Shown here: positions 58,908 through 64,000 of the stretch, one piece after another | Layout of the letters: every line of letters starts with the position of its first letter | Position numbering within the stretch: position 1 is the first letter of the stretch | Assembly: GCA_964348785.1 (NCBI GenBank) | Contig: CAYGDO010000002.1 | Coordinates: 66,238 to 130,237, forward strand | DNA: 64,000 bases | Direction: 5' to 3' | Origin: an uncultured Candidatus Saccharibacteria bacterium | GTDB taxonomy: Bacteria; Patescibacteriota; Minisyncoccia; Phycocordibacterales; 2-02-FULL-43-11 | The notes under the pieces: generated by a model | What the model saw: the letters and a program-made list of their open reading frames with translations, nothing else | Told to the model about the DNA's origin: nothing | Database searches by the model: none | Made by a program: the position numbers and the translations under genes

Positions 58908-60062
58908 TTAGATTTTGAACTCAATCACATCTCCATCCTTAACAACATACTCTTTGCCCTCAGTCTTCACCCATCCTTTTTCTCGAGCAAGAGAATAAGA
59001 ACCAGCTTCAAGCAGTTTGTCCCAATGTACAACCTCAGCCCTTATAAATTTCTCTTTAAAATCTGTGTGTATTGCCATACCTGCAATTGGCGCAGTAGAA
59101 CCGACTTTAACAGTCCAAGCCCTGGTTTCGTCTTCACCGGTCGTAAAATATGTCATGAGACCTAAAATTTCATAACTTTTTACGATTAAGTCATCTACAC
59201 CTCCCGCAAAAGCACCCATTTCTTTTTTCATTGTTTCTTTTTCTTCACCACTCATATCTTTCAAATCACTTTCAACTGAAGCATCAATCAAAACCCAACC
59301 CGAATTTGTTTCTTTGAAAAATTCCATGAGTTTAGTCCACCGAGGATCAACTACTTCACTTGCCCCGTTAGAAGTAGCCCCTCCCGCCGCGGGCGGGGCG
59401 TCAGTTCTAATGGGGTCCAAATTTTTACCTCCTGATTTTTTGTTTAAAACATAAAGAATTGGCTTTGAGGTCAAAAGATTTACTTGCTTTAAAATATTTT
59501 TCTCATCTTCAGTTAAAACAACACTGTTAGCCAATTTACTATCTTCTAAGACTGGTTTGATTTTTGATAAAATTTCGTGCTCAGCGATCGCTTCTTTTTT
59601 TCTAGCTTTTACATCTTTATTTAAGGATTCCATTCTTTTTGTAACAGTTTCAAGATCAGACAAAATCAATTCTAAATTTATAACCCCAACATCTCTTAAT
59701 GGATCAATTCCCCCATCAACGTGAATAACCTTGTCATCTTCAAAAATACGAACTACTTCAGCAATCGCATCTGTTTCTCTAATATGAGATAAAAATTTAT
59801 TACCCAAACCCTGACCTTCTGACGCTCCTTTTACAAGCCCGGCAATATCTACAAATTCGACAATGGCGGGGATAGTTTTTAATGATTTACTAAATACAGA
59901 TAATTTTCCTAGTCTATCGTCTGGCACGGCAACCACCCCAACTGACGGGTCGATAGTACAAAATGGATAATTTTCAGCTGGAACACTCTTCTTTGTTAAA
60001 GCGTTAAAAAGCGTTGATTTGCCGACATTCGGTAATCCCACAATCCCAATTGATAAATTCAT
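58908..60062 (-). CDS. ychF: ribosome-binding ATPase YchF/Ola1 with in-frame 18-aa insertion
   Basis: 'IGIVGLPNVGKSTLFNALT', 'NYPFCTIDPSVGVV', 'VDIAGLVKGASEGQGLGNKFL', TGS C-terminus. Insertion 'PIRTDAPPAAGGATSNGA' is encoded by the palindromic element at 59362-59415. Confidence 0.9.
   Translation of the reverse strand: MNLSIGIVGLPNVGKSTLFNALTKKSVPAENYPFCTIDPSVGVVAVPDDRLGKLSVFSKSLKTIPAIVEFVDIAGLVKGASEGQGLGNKFLSHIRETDAIAEVVRIFEDDKVIHVDGGIDPLRDVGVINLELILSDLETVTKRMESLNKDVKARKKEAIAEHEILSKIKPVLEDSKLANSVVLTEDEKNILKQVNLLTSKPILYVLNKKSGGKNLDPIRTDAPPAAGGATSNGASEVVDPRWTKLMEFFKETNSGWVLIDASVESDLKDMSGEEKETMKKEMGAFAGGVDDLIVKSYEILGLMTYFTTGEDETRAWTVKVGSTAPIAGMAIHTDFKEKFIRAEVVHWDKLLEAGSYSLAREKGWVKTEGKEYVVKDGDVIEFKI
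59362..59415. repeat. MITE-like palindromic element copy 1, in-frame inside ychF
   Basis: TIRs GCCCCGTTAGAA ... TTCTAATGGGG flank GC palindrome cccgccgcgggcggg. Local GC spike. Confidence 0.5.
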
Positions 60063-60102
60063 ATTAAATGCGAAACAACTAATAACAAATGACCACTTCT
60101 CG

Positions 60103-60146
60103 CCCCGTTAGAAATAGCTCTTTTAAGAGCGTTATTTCTATTGGGG
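60103..60146. repeat. MITE-like palindromic element copy 2, intergenic upstream of ychF
   Basis: Same TIRs GCCCCGTTAGAA ... TTCTATTGGGG with a different internal palindrome AGCTCTTttAAGAGCG. Confidence 0.5.
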
Positions 60147-60210
60147 CCGACATTCGGTAGGCCTACAATCCCAATTGATAAACTCATATTAAATGCGATG
60201 CAACTAATAA
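60146..60210. repeat. about 65-bp direct duplicate (roughly 90% identical) of the ychF 5' end, including a start codon and the first 10 codons (copy at 60021-60085)
   Basis: gccgacattcggtaggcctacaatcccaattgataaactcatattaaatgcgatgcaactaataa versus gccgacattcggtaatcccacaatcccaattgataaattcatattaaatgcgaaacaactaataa. The two copies flank element copy 2. Confidence 0.5.
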
Positions 60211-60292
60211 TAAACCGCCAATCAAAGACATAAAAAAGAGTATATATTAAATACTCATCATTATCTAGATTAATCTATTAAAAACAAAAAAC

Positions 60293-60766
60293 TTAAAAAC
60301 CCTTCGTAACACATCCGGATTTAGAAGTGAAATCCCATTCAGCATTACCGATATACCAACCAGACGCATTATAACCCAAACCGCATACTATATATCTATT
60401 TACTCCATCAAACACAGATATGGCATATCTAGGAACTGAAATATCACTAGTCCAACCACCACACGCGACACCGCAATATCTAAAACCTGTATCTGTTATA
60501 TTTGGCAGAACAGCCACATCACCATTACAAACATTTCCTCCTCCAAGGGCATCGCTTGCTGGAATATTCAAAGCAACTCCACCATTCAAACAATTATGTG
60601 CCACATCATTTACAACCATCATCATCTGAATTATCTTCGCCTGTTTAGCTTTTGTCCTTGCACTACTTAAGCTTGCAAAAACTACTGAAGATAAAACTCC
60701 AATTATTGATATAACCACCAAAAGTTCAACTAGAGTAAAAGCTTTATTACTATGAAAAATTGACAT
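60293..60766 (-). CDS. type IV pilin / pseudopilin-like protein with prepilin N-terminal methylation motif
   Basis: 'KAFTLVELLVVISIIGVLSSVV' class III signal. Cys-rich C-terminal globular part. Confidence 0.75.
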   Translation of the reverse strand: MSIFHSNKAFTLVELLVVISIIGVLSSVVFASLSSARTKAKQAKIIQMMMVVNDVAHNCLNGGVALNIPASDALGGGNVCNGDVAVLPNITDTGFRYCGVACGGWTSDISVPRYAISVFDGVNRYIVCGLGYNASGWYIGNAEWDFTSKSGCVTKGF

Positions 60767-60834
60767 TATGATATTTTTCTAAAATAGAAAAAATAAACTA
60801 CCAATCGAGTATAATAATGATAATATAAAACCAA

Positions 60835-63800
60835 ATGAATTCCAAATTTACACATCTCCACACTCATTCCCACTATTCACTTCTTTCTGCTTTACCAAAG
60901 ATTGATGAGTTAATCACAAAAACCAAAGAAAAAGGAATGAACGCCATCGCCCTTACTGATAATGGTAATTTATATGGTGCAATTGAATTTTACAAAGCTT
61001 GCAAAAAAGCAGAAATCAAACCAATAATCGGGATTGATGGCTATATGGCAATAAGAAAAGCAACTGACAAACAAGCAGGTATAGACAACAAAAGAACCCG
61101 TCTAATACTTCTCGCAAAAAATAACGATGGTTATAAAAATCTAATAAGATTGACTACGGAGTCCCACACAGAAGGCTTCTACTACAAACCTAGAATGGAT
61201 TTTGCAATGCTTGAAAAGTACAAAGAAGGATTAATAGCAATAATTCCATCATTTTCTGGAGATATTATAAATTCACTACGATACGACGATGAAGAAAAAG
61301 CTTTAGAAAAGCTAAAAAAATATCAAGAAATTTTTGGAAAGGACTTATATTTTGAAATAACTCACCACAGCGAACTTGAAGGTCACGAAGAAAACATAAA
61401 AAAAATAATAGATTTTGCCAAAAAACAAAAAATTCCATTGGTCGCTTGCCATGACGTTTATTATTTGGAAAAAGAAGACCATAAAGCAAGAGAAACGCTT
61501 GTTGCTGTAAATAACCAAACCGATTTTGCTGATAGAGAAAGGAATGAGGCTGATTTTTCTTTTGTCGGAGAAGAAGAAATAAATAAATGGTTCAAAAATA
61601 ACCCTGAGGCTATAGAAAATACACAAAAAATAGCTGAAATGTGTAACGTAACACTAGATTTAGGAAAATGGGTTTTCCCTGCTTACAAAACTAAAGATGG
61701 AGTAACACCGGACGAAGAATTAAAAAGGTTAGCTTATGAAGGGGTAAAAACTAGAGGGGTAAAAGATACCGAAGAACTTAGAAAAAGAGTTGACTACGAA
61801 CTTGAAGTTATAAAAAATAAAGGTTATTCACCATACTTTTTAGTTGTGTCTGATTTGTTAAGACATGCTAAAAAGACTGGCATTTTAAGCACCACAAGAG
61901 GCTCGGCCGGAGGTTCAATGGTTTCTTACCTTACATATATCACCACAGTAAACCCGATAGAATACAATTTGCCCTTCGAAAGATTTTTAAATCCGGAAAG
62001 ACCTTCGGCTCCCGATATTGATATGGATATAGCGGACGACAAACGTGATGCAATGATTGATTACGTTAAACAAAAATATGGTGCCGACAAAGTTGCCCAA
62101 GTTGGAACTTTTGGAACAATGATGGCAAGAGGTAGTGTAAGAGATGTAGCAAGAGCACTTGGACATCCATATACCTTAGGAGATCAAATAGCAAAATTAA
62201 TTCCTATGGGTTCACAAGGATTTCCAATGACGATAGAGCATGCCTTTGAAATTGTACCGGAACTTAAAAAACTTTATGACGGCGATAAAACTGTACAAGA
62301 AATAATTGACACCGCAAAAAAAATTGAAGGTTGTGCAAGACATGTTTCAGTCCACGCGGCAGGTGTGGTTATTGCCCCAGAACCACTGACAAACTTCACA
62401 CCTCTCCAATACGATCCCAAAGGTGAAGGTAAAATTATTACTCAATACGACATGTATTCCATAGAAGAAGCTGGTTTATTAAAATTTGATTTTCTTGGAA
62501 TTAAAAACCTTTCCATTTTAGCTGACGCAGTCCACCGTGTTGAAGTAATAGAAAATAAAAAAATAGATTTAGATAATATACCAATTGATGATAAAAAAAC
62601 TTACGAGATGCTAGCGCGAGGCGAAACTACCGGTGTTTTCCAATTGGGAGGTGACGGGATGACAAAATATTTAAAAGATTTGAGACCTTCTAGAGTTGAT
62701 GATATTAGCGTTATGGTCGCATTGTACCGTCCAGGCCCAATGGACAATATCGATGAATATATTGCACGAAAACACGGCCAAAAACCCGTCAAATATCTTC
62801 ATCCAAAAATGAAAGACTTTCTTGACAGAACTTTTGGCGTGCTTGTTTATCAAGACGATCTCCTTATGACCGCTCTTGTTCTCGCTGGATATTCTTGGGG
62901 TGAAGTCGATAAATTCAGAAAAGCTGTTGGTAAAAAAATCCCCGAAGAAATGGCAAAACAACACAAGATATTCGTGGAGGGATGTAAAAAACATAGCGAT
63001 ATTCCAACTGAAAAAGCCGAAGAAATTTGGAAATTGTTCGAACCCTTTCAAGGTTACGGTTTCAACAAAGCCCACGCTGCGAGCTACGGCCGTCTTGCCT
63101 ATCAAACTGCTTACATGAAAGCCAACTTCCCTGCCATCTATATGTCTTCAGTTCTTACGGCCGATTCAGGTGATGTGGAAAAAATTGGAGAAACAATCAC
63201 CGAATGCAAAAGAATGGGTATCCCAGTTTTACCTCCATCTGTTAACGAAAGCTATTCTGGCTTTTCAGTCGTCCGAACTGATGTGCCAGAAAATGACAAA
63301 ATTCGTTTCGGTTTAACAACAATAAAAAACTTTGGTGAAGGGATTGCAAAAATCATCATTGAGGAAAGAAAACTTGGCGGAAAATTTAAATCGCTTTCAG
63401 ATTTTTTAAAAAGAGCAAAAGACAGAAATTTAAATAAAAAATCAATCGAGGCCCTTGTTATGTCTGGCGCACTTGATGAATTTGGTGAGAGAGGACAAAT
63501 GATGGCCAATATGGAAAAAATTTTAGCTTTCGTAAAAGAAGAAGGGAACAAAGCTACTGATCAGACTTCCCTTTTCTTTGGCTTTCAATCAAATGTAGGT
63601 GAAAACGTTGACGAATTAAAACTTGATAAATCAGAACCAGCAAAAACCGAAGACAAACTAGCTTGGGAAAAAGAATTGCTTGGTCTTTATATTTCTGGAC
63701 ATCCGCTTGATAAATTCAGAGATGTTCTAGAAAAAAGAGATGTAAATGTCAAAAAAGTTAAAGAAGAAATGAAAGAAGGAATGATTGTAGTAATCGGAGG

Positions 63801-64000
63801 AATTTTAGAAGAAATAAGAACAACAATCACAAAAAAGAACGACCAAATGGCTTTTGCCAAAATCAGTGATTTTTCTGGGGGAATTGATACAGTATTTTTC
63901 CCTAAAGTCTACGAAGAATTTAAATCCTTAATTATAGGAGAAGCTTGTATTGCCGTGAAAGGTAGAGTTTCAGATAGAAATGGAGAAAAAAGCATTGTTG
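60835..64000 (+). CDS. dnaE: DNA polymerase III subunit alpha (3' end outside window)
   Basis: PHP domain 'HLHTHSHYSLLSALPKIDELI...IALTDNGNLYGAIEFYKAC'. Pol III alpha core motifs. Frame open to window end. Confidence 0.9.
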   Translation, partial: MNSKFTHLHTHSHYSLLSALPKIDELITKTKEKGMNAIALTDNGNLYGAIEFYKACKKAEIKPIIGIDGYMAIRKATDKQAGIDNKRTRLILLAKNNDGYKNLIRLTTESHTEGFYYKPRMDFAMLEKYKEGLIAIIPSFSGDIINSLRYDDEEKALEKLKKYQEIFGKDLYFEITHHSELEGHEENIKKIIDFAKKQKIPLVACHDVYYLEKEDHKARETLVAVNNQTDFADRERNEADFSFVGEEEINKWFKNNPEAIENTQKIAEMCNVTLDLGKWVFPAYKTKDGVTPDEELKRLAYEGVKTRGVKDTEELRKRVDYELEVIKNKGYSPYFLVVSDLLRHAKKTGILSTTRGSAGGSMVSYLTYITTVNPIEYNLPFERFLNPERPSAPDIDMDIADDKRDAMIDYVKQKYGADKVAQVGTFGTMMARGSVRDVARALGHPYTLGDQIAKLIPMGSQGFPMTIEHAFEIVPELKKLYDGDKTVQEIIDTAKKIEGCARHVSVHAAGVVIAPEPLTNFTPLQYDPKGEGKIITQYDMYSIEEAGLLKFDFLGIKNLSILADAVHRVEVIENKKIDLDNIPIDDKKTYEMLARGETTGVFQLGGDGMTKYLKDLRPSRVDDISVMVALYRPGPMDNIDEYIARKHGQKPVKYLHPKMKDFLDRTFGVLVYQDDLLMTALVLAGYSWGEVDKFRKAVGKKIPEEMAKQHKIFVEGCKKHSDIPTEKAEEIWKLFEPFQGYGFNKAHAASYGRLAYQTAYMKANFPAIYMSSVLTADSGDVEKIGETITECKRMGIPVLPPSVNESYSGFSVVRTDVPENDKIRFGLTTIKNFGEGIAKIIIEERKLGGKFKSLSDFLKRAKDRNLNKKSIEALVMSGALDEFGERGQMMANMEKILAFVKEEGNKATDQTSLFFGFQSNVGENVDELKLDKSEPAKTEDKLAWEKELLGLYISGHPLDKFRDVLEKRDVNVKKVKEEMKEGMIVVIGGILEEIRTTITKKNDQMAFAKISDFSGGIDTVFFPKVYEEFKSLIIGEACIAVKGRVSDRNGEKSIV

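Noticed and set aside
1-64000. CRISPR arrays, tRNA or rRNA genes
   Set aside because: No regularly spaced direct repeats, no GGTTCGAATCC-type T-arms in cloverleaf context, and no rRNA-like conserved stretches were seen.

Overview
This 64-kb window looks like a chromosomal fragment from a small-genome, AT-rich bacterium. It resembles Candidate Phyla Radiation/Patescibacteria: several shortened aminoacyl-tRNA synthetases, a type IV pilin, and large FG-GAP surface proteins. Almost every gene from 3.1 kb to 60.8 kb lies on the minus strand, with dnaE diverging on the plus strand at the right end. The housekeeping content is: a partial DEDDh exonuclease, a methyltransferase, an Rpf-like transglycosylase, an M23 peptidase, gltX, murG-ftsW-mraY, a PBP5-like carboxypeptidase, scpB-scpA, aspS, a NUDIX hydrolase, an EEP nuclease, trpS, a sensor histidine kinase, plsC, a PLD/Cls-like protein, dnaJ, dnaK, grpE, the rpsI-rplM and rplQ-rpoA-rpsD-rpsK-rpsM-rpmJ-infA ribosomal block, an FtsA/PilM-like protein, alaS, ogt, mnmA, mltG, leuS, ychF, a pilin, and dnaE. 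The most striking system is a three-gene minus-strand operon at 15.8-24.8 kb. It encodes a secreted GIGT-repeat protein, then a 2417-aa Tc-toxin-like TcB/TcC fusion, then a CPCC cysteine-rich putative immunity protein. The fusion protein carries an SpvB domain, an FG-GAP propeller, YD repeats with a LamG insertion, an RHS core, and an unassigned C-terminal toxin. An orphan duplicate of the RHS core start sits just downstream of the immunity gene. Other notable items are two GC-rich, hairpin-dense, terminator-ended structured ncRNA candidates on the otherwise empty plus strand at about 2.26-2.72 kb and 29.40-29.76 kb. There is also a LeuRS with an alpha/beta-hydrolase domain inserted into its zinc knuckle. 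A MITE-like palindromic element lies in-frame inside ychF, with a second copy and a duplicated ychF 5' end upstream. Several small GC-rich ORF islands, a Cas4-like nuclease plus ATP-cone/Mrr-like nuclease plus Ogt cluster, and a non-CIRCE palindrome upstream of dnaK complete the list.
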